A DNA stretch of 30,046 nt, from positions 7,973,734 through 8,003,779 of the forward strand of contig CM119264.1 in assembly GCA_051294375.1 (NCBI GenBank), written 5' to 3'. A program made the position numbers and the translations under genes. The notes beneath the pieces are model-generated. The model was given only the letters and a program-made list of their open reading frames with translations, was not told the origin of the DNA and made no database searches. This document shows positions 11,536-24,823 of this stretch, in pieces. This DNA is from Paraspadella gotoi (lineage: Eukaryota > Animalia > Chaetognatha). Within the stretch, counting starts at the first letter, position 1. Each line of letters opens with the position of its first letter.

Positions 11536-11661
11536 ATTTTTCTCTTGCTTCTTTTCTTCCTCACGTGACCTCCTTTTTCCCCCGCCCGATTCTCACGTGA
11601 TCAGCCTGCATCACCGGCGGAAAAACCACGTGACCTATCGGCGCATTGTAAAAGCGGAAGT
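11411..11661. promoter_or_regulatory. Candidate housekeeping-type promoter with YY1-like, three CACGTGA E-box and ETS-like sites
   Basis: AAAATGGCG near 11412, TCACGTGACC at 11561, TCACGTGATC at 11593, CCACGTGACC at 11626 and GCGGAAGT at 11654, followed by a GC-rich stretch. Confidence 0.45.
11453..11534. repeat. (TTTC)n microsatellite
   Basis: Read directly from the sequence. Confidence 0.95.
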
Positions 11662-11915
11662 TTTATGAGGCCCCTCATGAGCGTCGCGCCTTCTCGGGGC
11701 TCGAGGCTCGTTTGTCAGCGGGTGGGCGGGTCAGGGCATCGGCGGGGAAGGGGATCGACTCTGGAGCGGAGTGGGGAGCGGAGTTACGTGGCCGACGGCG
11801 AAATGATAAATGGTTAATGGTGAATGGCAAAGGGAGGATGTCGAATGACGTGTTCGAACTGGCGAATGGCGATCGGAGAAAGAAGACCGATCGAGTTCAT
11901 TAAAAGATCTTTTAG

Positions 11916-11923
<8 letters not shown>

Positions 11924-12007
<84 letters not shown>

Positions 12008-12008
12008 C
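11924..12008. repeat. (TTTC)n microsatellite
   Basis: Read directly from the sequence. Confidence 0.95.
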
Positions 12009-12321
12009 TTTATCTTTCTTTCATTTTATTCCCTCTTTCGATTACAGTTTACAACTAATCTCTCATTTACTTGACCCCTTTTTCAGCGTTATTCTTTCAT
12101 TTCCTCCTTCTTTGCTTGTTTTGATCCTCTTTCCTTACTTTTTCGCCCTCCTCGGTCACCCTTCTTTCCTTTCTTTCTAATTCCTTTCCTTTTTCCACTC
12201 GTTTCCTTTTCAATTTGACCCAAAACTTCGCTCATGTGATGCCACAATAAAAATAACCTTTTTGCGGCTTCGACTCTCATTCAACCTCTCTCTCTCNNNN
12301 NNNNNNNNNNNNNNNNNNNNN

Positions 12322-12937
12322 AAAAAGAACAAAAAAAAAAACTCGTAACTATTAGTGAGTACAATCAGTAGTCAGCTATGGTAAGTGAGATGTTGTGGTG
12401 GGAGGGAATGGCAATGGAAAAAAAGAATAGGACGAAAAGGAGGGAAAAGTGAGAAGAGTTAAGGGTAAAAAAAGGAGAAAAACGAAAGGAAAAGAAGAAA
12501 TGCACATGAAAAAGAGAAGAGTAAAACAATGCGAGGAACGGAAGAGAGAAGGTCACGGAGAAGGCAGGAGAAAAGAGGGAGCATAGGTAGGAAAAACGAA
12601 GAAGGCACAAAAAATGTATAAGTGGCCAAGAGGGGAAAAGCACGGAGTGGAAGGAGGGCCAGAAGTGCAAGAAAATCGAGATAGTGGTTACACGCCAAAA
12701 CAGAGTAAGGGGTAGATAAACGGCTTGATCTGAAATAATATTGCAACGGATGAAGGAATGTGTACATGCGCCGGGCGCAGAATAAAAGTAGAAAGGAAAT
12801 AACCACGGTGAAGAGGGGGGGACTGAGGAAGAGATAACGACACCGGAAGGCGCTCGGGTGAAAACTGACCCTCTCTCTCTCTCTCTTCTCTCTCTCTCTT
12901 CTCTCTTCTCTGCTCCAAAACTCTACTGCTCTTCTTC

Positions 12938-12977
<40 letters not shown>

Positions 12978-13636
12978 ATCGACGCCAGGATATGGAATTT
13001 ACGAGAGAGACGTCGATCGGTATTGCGTGCATAATCTGCATTCGCGGATTCTGACTTTAAACTCGACGAGGATTGAAAGGAAGAAGAGAGGAGAGGAGAG
13101 AGAGACGATTGAGGAAATATCCGTAAACTTGGTTCAATGGAACGAGGGAACTACATAACTAGTGGCTGTATATATTATTATTTAGTTTATTTCCTGTTTT
13201 TGTATTATGAATAAAAACACCAACAAACAGCAGGCATTGACCATTTTTTTAATTCATTCCAATTAAAACCCTGCAAGATATTCACTCAATCGTACAGTAT
13301 TGCCTCCTAATTCGCTTGTCCCACGGAGTCGCGGCTCGAGCTAATAACACCTAGGAGTTTCATTTGATAAGAGTAAGGATTAGATTCAAAGGCGGGAGAA
13401 AACTCCACCGCTGATCGCGTTAGGTGGCAACGTGGAATTACCCTAGTAGACGTTGAATGAAGTTGTACATCGAGGACGCATTTTACCACTGCGGAAAATG
13501 AAATCGATATCGCGTGCGCAACCGGTCAACCGAGCGACGGAGCGCGACGCAGAGATTTCTTGTACAAGTGCCGAGTGAAGAGAGAGAGAGAAGAGAGAGA
13601 GAGAGAGAAGAAGAGAGAGAGAGAGAGAGGAGAGAG

Positions 13637-13678
<42 letters not shown>

Positions 13679-15849
13679 GCGTTTATGGGGTTTTAGTCAT
13701 TTTTATATTCCTCAATCCTAACATTCAGAACTGCTATTAAGTATTATATTATAGCACTTCAACACTTCAACCTTGCGCGAGATCACTCTTTTTTCCCAGC
13801 TCACTGCCTTCTTCTTCTCACTTAATTCACCCTCCTAACCGCTTCGACCTTCACCTTCGCGACAGAACATCACTTATTTCCTTTCCTCGACTTCAAAGTG
13901 TCAACTCTTCCTTCGACGGTTTTGAAAAAAAAATGTAAGGAGGACTGGTGAACCGTAGACGCATTAATCACATTCATCACTTGGCGGGAAGCCCGGAAAA
14001 AAAGGGGGGCGGCTGCCGCTGCCCGCGGCGGCGGCGCGGTCGGGCGGGCGGCGGCGTCGCGGCATGCACGGCAGCGGGACGAAGGTGCTCTTATCTCTCC
14101 GAAGCTCGTTATTCACATACCTCCGTCCGTTCTTCTTCCCAAGCGCTCGCTTTTCGCTCTCCCGCGCCGACCCCTACCACCCTGATCACCTCCAACTTAC
14201 CCTTCCCCCTCCCCCAAGCCATCTTGCTCCGCGCAACGTCCGCCCAACACGTCTCCTACTTTTCTTTCTTCTCTTTCCTTTTCCGTCTTCGCCTTTCACC
14301 ACCATCTTTTTTTTAGAAAGTTTTTTTTCTTTAAATATTTTCTCACGACCTTTTGGAGTTAAAAAAGTAATTGCTTTATTAAGACAAAAATAGTTTCATG
14401 TCTTCTGATATCTAATTTACGTTGACGATTTCTTTAAAAAAATCCACGGAACTAAGAAGCTAAGGAGTACATAAAAAATTAGTAATGTTATCGAAAATTA
14501 GTAGAGATCAGATTATTTCTGTATTAATTTTCGATTCCGCAACCTTCTTACAGTTACAGCAGAACACTTCTTTCCCCGCCTCTGCCTTATCACTTCCCCC
14601 CCAAAACCTCCACCCATCCCCCAATCACCCCAATACCCCAATACCCCAATCACCCAATCACCCACGCAAGTTCTTCTCTAATCTCCCCCATACCACCTCC
14701 CCCCATGTCCATGTCCGCCGAAAACGGAAACGAGACTTCCGCGCGCTCAGCTTGTGCCTATTATCTCTCTGCTTCTTTCCGTCTCTCTATTTTCTTTCCT
14801 CAATCTTTCCCGCTTTTATCTCTGTCACATTCACTGTTGTCCCTTTTGGTCTATTTCGCATTCACTGTTTCCCTTGTTTTGTCACTGTTCATCATCGCCC
14901 CTGTCTTGATTTGTCTTTATCATCGATGTGAATCGGACTTTCAATCAAAAAGCCTGACTTTATTAATCAAGATTTATGCTTAATGAAATTGGTGGAACCA
15001 TACAATATTTAATATTAAATTATAAATCCATATAATATAACTTTTAAAAAAATTGTTTTTCCTATCTGCACGACTAGTGACTTTTCCATCTTCTGTCTTC
15101 TCACTTCTCTCTTTTCTTTACCTATCAATCTTTCTCATGACCATCTCGCTCCCTATTTTTTCTCTATCCTTTCCTACTCTCGACTTACTTCTTTCTCTCT
15201 GCTTCTCTCTCTTCTCTCTTCTCTCTCTCCTTCTTCTCCCTCGTAGACTCTCTCTCTCTCTCTGACTCTCTCTCTATCTCTCTTTCTCTCTCTCTCTCTC
15301 CTCTTCCTCTCTCCCCTCTCACCGCCCTCCCCAAAGAGAAAAAAAAAAAACAACTCAAAGCTCATGTAGGCAAAAAAGAGAGAAAAATAAATTCGACTAA
15401 CTGCCATTGTAAGCGGCTCTTCCGATTCCCGTTTCCTCGTCATCTTTTCTCCCTCCTCCTCCGCTCCTCCTCCTCTTCCTCTCGCCCCGGAGTCGGCTCA
15501 TTTGCAATTAGAACTGCGAAATGTACACCGGAAATGTCTACTAACGCCAAATTTCTGGGCGTAATGTTTCAGACAAGCCGCGAAGGAAATTGCCGGAGTC
15601 GTGAACGAGACTGGAAGAAAGAGGAAAGAGAGCCGGGGGATCGACGAGCGAGGAAAAATGGGAAGTAGAAGTGAGGTGAGGTGAAAAATTATAGAAGTTG
15701 TTTAAAAATAGTTTAATACTTAATTATACTTTATTATGCATTTAATTATAATGATCAAAATTGTAAATCAAAAGTACAGGTGCGACATAAAAAGTCGGCG
15801 AATTTTTAAAATGGGGAGGGAAAACAATCCGGTTAAATAGAGGGGAAGA

Positions 15850-15887
<38 letters not shown>

Positions 15888-16773
15888 CAGAGAGAGAGAG
15901 GAGAAGAAGGAGAAGAGAGAGAGGATAGGAAGAGAGTAAATGAAATGAAAAGCTTTATCGGGTTTTTTCCCCACTTTTCATTTTTTAAAGAGAATCGAAA
16001 GGATTAGGCATCTTTATTGGAAGGAGGAAATCACCAGCGGTTTTCAACGAGCAAATTTTTGAATTGCTTTGAGTCGGTACGGAACATCAGTAAGATTCGA
16101 ATGAGTATGTAATTAAAAAAGATCTAGGCAGGATGAGAAGAACGACAAAGGACTCAAAACGCCTCCACTTTCCTCAACCGAATTTCGAGAAGACGTACTT
16201 CGAGTTTACGAGTTTTCAAGAAGTCTTTTCACTCTGCCGAGTATACGATCGTTTTACCACGCCCTCACGCTTCTCACGGAACGCCTATTCGACCTCACCC
16301 TTGCCGCTCACCTCAGAGCGCCCCTTTTCGCCCCACGCTCTCCCCGCCTCATTATGCGCTGCCGGGATTTATCGCCCGCAGGAAATGGGCCGTATTAAAT
16401 ACCAGGAACCGAAAAAATTTGCCCCTTGAAAAAAAAGAGAAGAGAAAAAGTTGAGAGGAAAGTTTTTCCTTCTTCGATTCGTTGAATTTAATCTTCGTCC
16501 CAAACAAGTCACTTCTCTTAAGCCTACCAATACTCAATCTATACTTGCTTCAGGTTTAATTGGGTTTTCAATTGAAAAATAATGCTTATATAATGATTCT
16601 TGATAAACATAATAAATAAAGACGTCCACCTTGTACCACCCTTCACATCAAGCACTCCCCTACCAACAGACCGGAGGGGGGCGCCCGTCGCCGCCCCCGG
16701 GTCAACCCCCAAAAGACGTAAGACGAAAAACGAGGAATAAGGAAAGGCGAGTCATGAAATATTCACTCTGAGA
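12322..16773 (+). repeat. Copy 1 of the triplicated segment (shared core 12322-14578 plus noisy extension)
   Basis: Starts right after 25 N (12297-12321). The ORF track repeats with identical peptides at offsets +5466 and +9470. Confidence 0.97.
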
Positions 16774-16888
16774 GGGAGAGAGGAGAGGTAGGAAAGGGAG
16801 GAGAGAGAGAGAGATAGAGAGAGAAGAGAGATCAGAGAGAAGAAAGAGAGAGGGAGAGGTACGAGAGAGAGAAGATGAGAGGGTTGAA

Positions 16889-17762
16889 TCTCAGAGTGAA
16901 TATTTCATGGACTCGCTTTCTTATTCTCGTTTTTTCGTCTTACGTCTTTTGGGGGTTGACCCGGGGGGCGGCACGGGGTCGCCCCCCTCCGGTCTTTGGT
17001 AGGGGAGTGGCTTGGTGTGGAAGGGTGGTAGCAAGGTGGACGTCTTTATTTATTATGTTTATCAAGAATCATTATATAAGCATTATTTTTTCAATTGAAA
17101 ACTCCAATTAAACCTGAAGCAAGTATAGATTGAGTATTGGTAAGGCTTAAGAGAAGTGACTGGGTTTGGGACAAGATTGAATTCAACGAATCGAAGAAGG
17201 AAAAACTTTCCTCTCAACTTTTTCTCCTTTTTTTTCTCAGGCGGGGAAATTTTTCGGGTGATCCCTGGTATTTATACTGTGCCCATTTCCTGCGGGCGAT
17301 AAATCCCGGCAGCGTATAATGAGGCGGGGGGAGAGCGTGGGGCGAAAAGGGGGCTCGGAGGTGAGGCAAGGGTGAGGTGAATAGGCGTCCGTGAGAAGGG
17401 TGAGGGCGTGTCACCGAGTTGGTTGACTCGCAGAGTGAAAGACTTTGAAAACTCGTAAACTCGAAGTCGTTTCATCGAAATTCGGTTGAGGAAAAGTGGA
17501 GGCGTTTGAGTCCTTGTCGTTCTTCTCATCCTCCTAGATCTTTTTTAATTCACATACTCATTCAAATCATACTGATGTCCTGTACCGACTCAAACGCACA
17601 TTGCACACAGAGATTTGCTCGTTGAACCACCAGGTGATTTCCTCGTTCCAATAAGATTCGTCGCTTTAATCCTTTCGATCTCATTTAAAAAATGGAAAAA
17701 GGTGGGGAAAAAACCGATAAAGCTTTTCATTTCCATTTACTCTCTCTCTCTCTCTCTCTCTC
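16889..17762 (-). repeat. Inverted (fold-back) copy of ~15925-16773
   Basis: attcactctgaga (to 16773) pairs with tctcagagtgaat (from 16889). The arms match for about 850 bp with scattered indels around a GA-rich spacer. Confidence 0.95.
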
Positions 17763-17787
17763 NNNNNNNNNNNNNNNNNNNNNNNNN

Positions 17788-18403
17788 AAAAAGAACAAAA
17801 AAAAAAACTCGTAACTATTAGTGAGTACAATCAGTAGTCAGCTATGGTAAGTGAGATGTTGTGGTGGGAGGGAATGGCAATGGAAAAAAAGAATAGGACG
17901 AAAAGGAGGGAAAAGTGAGAAGAGTTAAGGGTAAAAAAAGGAGAAAAACGAAAGGAAAAGAAGAAATGCACATGAAAAAGAGAAGAGTAAAACAATGCGA
18001 GGAACGGAAGAGAGAAGGTCACGGAGAAGGCAGGAGAAAAGAGGGAGCATAGGTAGGAAAAACGAAGAAGGCACAAAAAATGTATAAGTGGCCAAGAGGG
18101 GAAAAGCACGGAGTGGAAGGAGGGCCAGAAGTGCAAGAAAATCGAGATAGTGGTTACACGCCAAAACAGAGTAAGGGGTAGATAAACGGCTTGATCTGAA
18201 ATAATATTGCAACGGATGAAGGAATGTGTACATGCGCCGGGCGCAGAATAAAAGTAGAAAGGAAATAACCACGGTGAAGAGGGGGGGACTGAGGAAGAGA
18301 TAACGACACCGGAAGGCGCTCGGGTGAAAACTGACCCTCTCTCTCTCTCTCTTCTCTCTCTCTCTTCTCTCTTCTCTGCTCCAAAACTCTACTGCTCTTC
18401 TTC

Positions 18404-18443
<40 letters not shown>

Positions 18444-19102
18444 ATCGACGCCAGGATATGGAATTTACGAGAGAGACGTCGATCGGTATTGCGTGCATAA
18501 TCTGCATTCGCGGATTCTGACTTTAAACTCGACGAGGATTGAAAGGAAGAAGAGAGGAGAGGAGAGAGAGACGATTGAGGAAATATCCGTAAACTTGGTT
18601 CAATGGAACGAGGGAACTACATAACTAGTGGCTGTATATATTATTATTTAGTTTATTTCCTGTTTTTGTATTATGAATAAAAACACCAACAAACAGCAGG
18701 CATTGACCATTTTTTTAATTCATTCCAATTAAAACCCTGCAAGATATTCACTCAATCGTACAGTATTGCCTCCTAATTCGCTTGTCCCACGGAGTCGCGG
18801 CTCGAGCTAATAACACCTAGGAGTTTCATTTGATAAGAGTAAGGATTAGATTCAAAGGCGGGAGAAAACTCCACCGCTGATCGCGTTAGGTGGCAACGTG
18901 GAATTACCCTAGTAGACGTTGAATGAAGTTGTACATCGAGGACGCATTTTACCACTGCGGAAAATGAAATCGATATCGCGTGCGCAACCGGTCAACCGAG
19001 CGACGGAGCGCGACGCAGAGATTTCTTGTACAAGTGCCGAGTGAAGAGAGAGAGAGAAGAGAGAGAGAGAGAGAAGAAGAGAGAGAGAGAGAGAGGAGAG
19101 AG

Positions 19103-19144
<42 letters not shown>

Positions 19145-21337
19145 GCGTTTATGGGGTTTTAGTCATTTTTATATTCCTCAATCCTAACATTCAGAACTGC
19201 TATTAAGTATTATATTATAGCACTTCAACACTTCAACCTTGCGCGAGATCACTCTTTTTTCCCAGCTCACTGCCTTCTTCTTCTCACTTAATTCACCCTC
19301 CTAACCGCTTCGACCTTCACCTTCGCGACAGAACATCACTTATTTCCTTTCCTCGACTTCAAAGTGTCAACTCTTCCTTCGACGGTTTTGAAAAAAAAAT
19401 GTAAGGAGGACTGGTGAACCGTAGACGCATTAATCACATTCATCACTTGGCGGGAAGCCCGGAAAAAAAGGGGGGCGGCTGCCGCTGCCCGCGGCGGCGG
19501 CGCGGTCGGGCGGGCGGCGGCGTCGCGGCATGCACGGCAGCGGGACGAAGGTGCTCTTATCTCTCCGAAGCTCGTTATTCACATACCTCCGTCCGTTCTT
19601 CTTCCCAAGCGCTCGCTTTTCGCTCTCCCGCGCCGACCCCTACCACCCTGATCACCTCCAACTTACCCTTCCCCCTCCCCCAAGCCATCTTGCTCCGCGC
19701 AACGTCCGCCCAACACGTCTCCTACTTTTCTTTCTTCTCTTTCCTTTTCCGTCTTCGCCTTTCACCACCATCTTTTTTTTAGAAAGTTTTTTTTCTTTAA
19801 ATATTTTCTCACGACCTTTTGGAGTTAAAAAAGTAATTGCTTTATTAAGACAAAAATAGTTTCATGTCTTCTGATATCTAATTTACGTTGACGATTTCTT
19901 TAAAAAAATCCACGGAACTAAGAAGCTAAGGAGTACATAAAAAATTAGTAATGTTATCGAAAATTAGTAGAGATCAGATTATTTCTGTATTAATTTTCGA
20001 TTCCGCAACCTTCTTACAGTTACAGCAGAACACTTCTTTCCCCGTCTCTTGCCTTGCACTTTTCCTCCCCAAAATCACCCCAATTCCCCCCAATTCACCC
20101 TTCACCCCAATCACCCCATAATTCACCCAACACCCACCAAGTTCTCTCTAACTCCCCCTACCACCTTCCCCCCATTCCATGTCCCGCCGAAAACGAAACG
20201 AGACTTCCGCGCGCTCAGCTTGTGCGTCTATCTCTCTCTTCTTTCTCCGTCTCCTATTTCTTTCCTCAAATCTTTCCGCCTTTTTATCTCTGTCACATTC
20301 ACTGTTGTCCCTTTTGGTCTATTTCGCATTCACTGTGTGTCCCTTGTTTGTCACTGTCAATCATCGCACCCTGTCTCTGATTTGTCGTTTTATATCGAGT
20401 GAATCGACTTTCAGATCAAAAAGCCTGACTTTATTAATCAAGATTTCATGCTTAATGAAATTGGTGCAACCAATACTATATTAATTATTAAATTATAAAT
20501 CCTTAATATACTTTTTAAAAAAATTGTTTTCCTATCTGCACGACTAGTGACTTTTCCATCTTCTGTCTTCTCACTTCTCTCTTTTCTTTACCTATCAATC
20601 TTTCTCATACCATCTCGCTCCCTATTTTTTCTCTATCCTTTCCTACTCTCGCTACTCTCTTCTCTCTCTTCTCTCTCTTCTCTCGTTTTCTCTCTCCTTC
20701 TTCTTGCGTTCGTACCTCTTCATCTCTCTCCTTCTCCTCTCTCTCTATCTCTCTCTCTCCTCTCTCTCCTCTTCTCTCCCCCTCTCACCGCCCCCTCCCC
20801 AAAGAGAAAAAAAAAAACAACTCAAAGCTCATTAGGCAAAAAAGGAGAGAAAAATAAATTCGGACTAACTGCCATTGTAAGCGCTCTTCCGATCCCGTTT
20901 CCTCGTCGATCTTTTCTCCCTCCTGCCTCCTGCTCCTCCTCCTCTTCTCTCGCCCCGGAGTCGGCTCATTTGCAATTAGAACTGCGAAATGTACACCGGA
21001 AATGGTCTACTACGCCAACTTTCTGGCGTAATTTTCAACAAGCGCGAAGGAAATTGCCGGTAGTCTGTGAAGACGAGACGGAAGGAAGAGAAAGGAAGCC
21101 GGGCGGATCGACGAGCCGAGGAAAAATGGGAAGTAGAAGTGAGTGAGGTGAAAATTATAGAAGTTGCTTTAAAAATAGTTTAATACTTAATTATACTTTA
21201 TTATGCTTTAATTATAATGATCAAAATTGTAAATCAAAAAGTACAGGCGAAAAAAAGGTCGGCGAATTTTTAAAATGGGGAAAAGGGAAAATTCCGGTTT
21301 AAATGAGAGAGAGAGAGAGAGAGAGAGAAGAGGAGAG
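17788..21337 (+). repeat. Copy 2 of the triplicated segment (core 17788-20044 plus noisy extension)
   Basis: Follows 25 N (17763-17787). The first difference from copy 1 that I could see is at 20045. Confidence 0.97.
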
Positions 21338-21338
21338 A

Positions 21339-21766
21339 TTATTTCGCACCTGGACTTTTTGATTTACATTTTGATCATTATAATTAAAGCATAATTAAAG
21401 TATAATTAAAGTATTAAACTATTTTTAACAACTTCCATAATTTTCACCTCACCTCTCTTTTTTCTTACTTCCCATTTTCCTCGCTCGTCGATCCCCGGCC
21501 CTTTTCTCTTCCTCCCTCTTTCCTTCCGTCTCGTTCACGACTCCGGCAATTTCTCTTCGCCTTGTTGAAAAATTACGCCAGAAATTGGCGTTAGTAGCAT
21601 TTCCGGTGTACATTGCAGTTCTAATTGCAAATGAGCCGACTCCGGGGGCGAGAGGAAGAGGAGGAGGAGGAGGAGGGAGAAAGATGACGAGGAAACGGGA
21701 ATCGGAAGAGCGCTTACAATGGCAGTTAGTCGAATTTATTTTTCTCCTTTTTTGCCTAATGAGCTT
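21339..21766 (-). repeat. Inverted (fold-back) copy of ~20825-21250
   Basis: gcctaatgagctt at the end pairs with aagctcattaggc at 20825, and the arms align with indels. Confidence 0.95.
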
Positions 21767-21791
21767 NNNNNNNNNNNNNNNNNNNNNNNNN

Positions 21792-22407
21792 AAAAAGAAC
21801 AAAAAAAAAAACTCGTAACTATTAGTGAGTACAATCAGTAGTCAGCTATGGTAAGTGAGATGTTGTGGTGGGAGGGAATGGCAATGGAAAAAAAGAATAG
21901 GACGAAAAGGAGGGAAAAGTGAGAAGAGTTAAGGGTAAAAAAAGGAGAAAAACGAAAGGAAAAGAAGAAATGCACATGAAAAAGAGAAGAGTAAAACAAT
22001 GCGAGGAACGGAAGAGAGAAGGTCACGGAGAAGGCAGGAGAAAAGAGGGAGCATAGGTAGGAAAAACGAAGAAGGCACAAAAAATGTATAAGTGGCCAAG
22101 AGGGGAAAAGCACGGAGTGGAAGGAGGGCCAGAAGTGCAAGAAAATCGAGATAGTGGTTACACGCCAAAACAGAGTAAGGGGTAGATAAACGGCTTGATC
22201 TGAAATAATATTGCAACGGATGAAGGAATGTGTACATGCGCCGGGCGCAGAATAAAAGTAGAAAGGAAATAACCACGGTGAAGAGGGGGGGACTGAGGAA
22301 GAGATAACGACACCGGAAGGCGCTCGGGTGAAAACTGACCCTCTCTCTCTCTCTCTTCTCTCTCTCTCTTCTCTCTTCTCTGCTCCAAAACTCTACTGCT
22401 CTTCTTC

Positions 22408-22447
<40 letters not shown>

Positions 22448-23106
22448 ATCGACGCCAGGATATGGAATTTACGAGAGAGACGTCGATCGGTATTGCGTGC
22501 ATAATCTGCATTCGCGGATTCTGACTTTAAACTCGACGAGGATTGAAAGGAAGAAGAGAGGAGAGGAGAGAGAGACGATTGAGGAAATATCCGTAAACTT
22601 GGTTCAATGGAACGAGGGAACTACATAACTAGTGGCTGTATATATTATTATTTAGTTTATTTCCTGTTTTTGTATTATGAATAAAAACACCAACAAACAG
22701 CAGGCATTGACCATTTTTTTAATTCATTCCAATTAAAACCCTGCAAGATATTCACTCAATCGTACAGTATTGCCTCCTAATTCGCTTGTCCCACGGAGTC
22801 GCGGCTCGAGCTAATAACACCTAGGAGTTTCATTTGATAAGAGTAAGGATTAGATTCAAAGGCGGGAGAAAACTCCACCGCTGATCGCGTTAGGTGGCAA
22901 CGTGGAATTACCCTAGTAGACGTTGAATGAAGTTGTACATCGAGGACGCATTTTACCACTGCGGAAAATGAAATCGATATCGCGTGCGCAACCGGTCAAC
23001 CGAGCGACGGAGCGCGACGCAGAGATTTCTTGTACAAGTGCCGAGTGAAGAGAGAGAGAGAAGAGAGAGAGAGAGAGAAGAAGAGAGAGAGAGAGAGAGG
23101 AGAGAG

Positions 23107-23148
<42 letters not shown>

Positions 23149-24662
23149 GCGTTTATGGGGTTTTAGTCATTTTTATATTCCTCAATCCTAACATTCAGAA
23201 CTGCTATTAAGTATTATATTATAGCACTTCAACACTTCAACCTTGCGCGAGATCACTCTTTTTTCCCAGCTCACTGCCTTCTTCTTCTCACTTAATTCAC
23301 CCTCCTAACCGCTTCGACCTTCACCTTCGCGACAGAACATCACTTATTTCCTTTCCTCGACTTCAAAGTGTCAACTCTTCCTTCGACGGTTTTGAAAAAA
23401 AAATGTAAGGAGGACTGGTGAACCGTAGACGCATTAATCACATTCATCACTTGGCGGGAAGCCCGGAAAAAAAGGGGGGCGGCTGCCGCTGCCCGCGGCG
23501 GCGGCGCGGTCGGGCGGGCGGCGGCGTCGCGGCATGCACGGCAGCGGGACGAAGGTGCTCTTATCTCTCCGAAGCTCGTTATTCACATACCTCCGTCCGT
23601 TCTTCTTCCCAAGCGCTCGCTTTTCGCTCTCCCGCGCCGACCCCTACCACCCTGATCACCTCCAACTTACCCTTCCCCCTCCCCCAAGCCATCTTGCTCC
23701 GCGCAACGTCCGCCCAACACGTCTCCTACTTTTCTTTCTTCTCTTTCCTTTTCCGTCTTCGCCTTTCACCACCATCTTTTTTTTAGAAAGTTTTTTTTCT
23801 TTAAATATTTTCTCACGACCTTTTGGAGTTAAAAAAGTAATTGCTTTATTAAGACAAAAATAGTTTCATGTCTTCTGATATCTAATTTACGTTGACGATT
23901 TCTTTAAAAAAATCCACGGAACTAAGAAGCTAAGGAGTACATAAAAAATTAGTAATGTTATCGAAAATTAGTAGAGATCAGATTATTTCTGTATTAATTT
24001 TCGATTCCGCAACCTTCTTACAGTTACAGCAGAACACTTCTTTCCCCGCCTCTCCGTTTCACTTTCCCCCCAATCACCATCACCCCCAATTCACCCATCA
24101 CCCCAATCTACCCCTAATCACCCATCACCACCAAGTTCTCTCTAACCTCCCCCTACCACCTCCCCCCATTCCCATGTCCGCCGAAAACGGAAACGAGACT
24201 CCCGCGCTCAGCTTGTGTCGTTTATCTCTCTGCTTCTTTCCCGTCTCCTATTTCTTTCCTCAAATCTTTCCGCTTTTATCTCTGTCACATTCACTGTTGT
24301 CCCTTTTGGTCTATTGTCGCATTCCACTGTTGTCCTTGTTTTGTCAGCTGTCAATCATCGCCCCTGTCTCTGATTTGTCTTTTATATCGAGTGAATCGAC
24401 TTTCAGATCAAAAAGCTGACCTTTATTAATCAAGATTTCATGCTTAATGAAATTGGTGCGAACCAATACATTATTAATATTAAATTATAAATCCATTAAT
24501 ATACTTTTTAAAAAATTGTTTTCCTATCTGCACACTAGTGACTTTTCCATCTTCTGTCTTTCACTTCTCTCTTTTCTTTACCTATCAATCTTTTCTCATG
24601 ACCATCTCGCTCCCTATTTTTTCTCTATCCTTTCCTACTCTCGACTTATCTCTCTTCTCTCT

Positions 24663-24696
<34 letters not shown>

Positions 24697-24823
24697 TCTT
24701 CTTCGCGCGGTTCGTCCTCTCTCTCTCTCCTCCCTCTCTCTCTTCTCTCTTATCTCTCCTCTCTCTCCTCTTCTCTCTCCCCTCTCACCGCCCTCCTCCC
24801 CAAAGAGAAAAAAAAAACAACTC
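21792..24823 (+). repeat. Copy 3 of the triplicated segment (core 21792-24048 plus noisy extension)
   Basis: Follows 25 N (21767-21791) at constant offset +9470 from copy 1. Confidence 0.97.

Noticed and set aside
13948-14393. GC-rich ORFs in the repeated core
   Set aside because: Low-complexity peptides. Their threefold recurrence reflects the duplication, not conservation.
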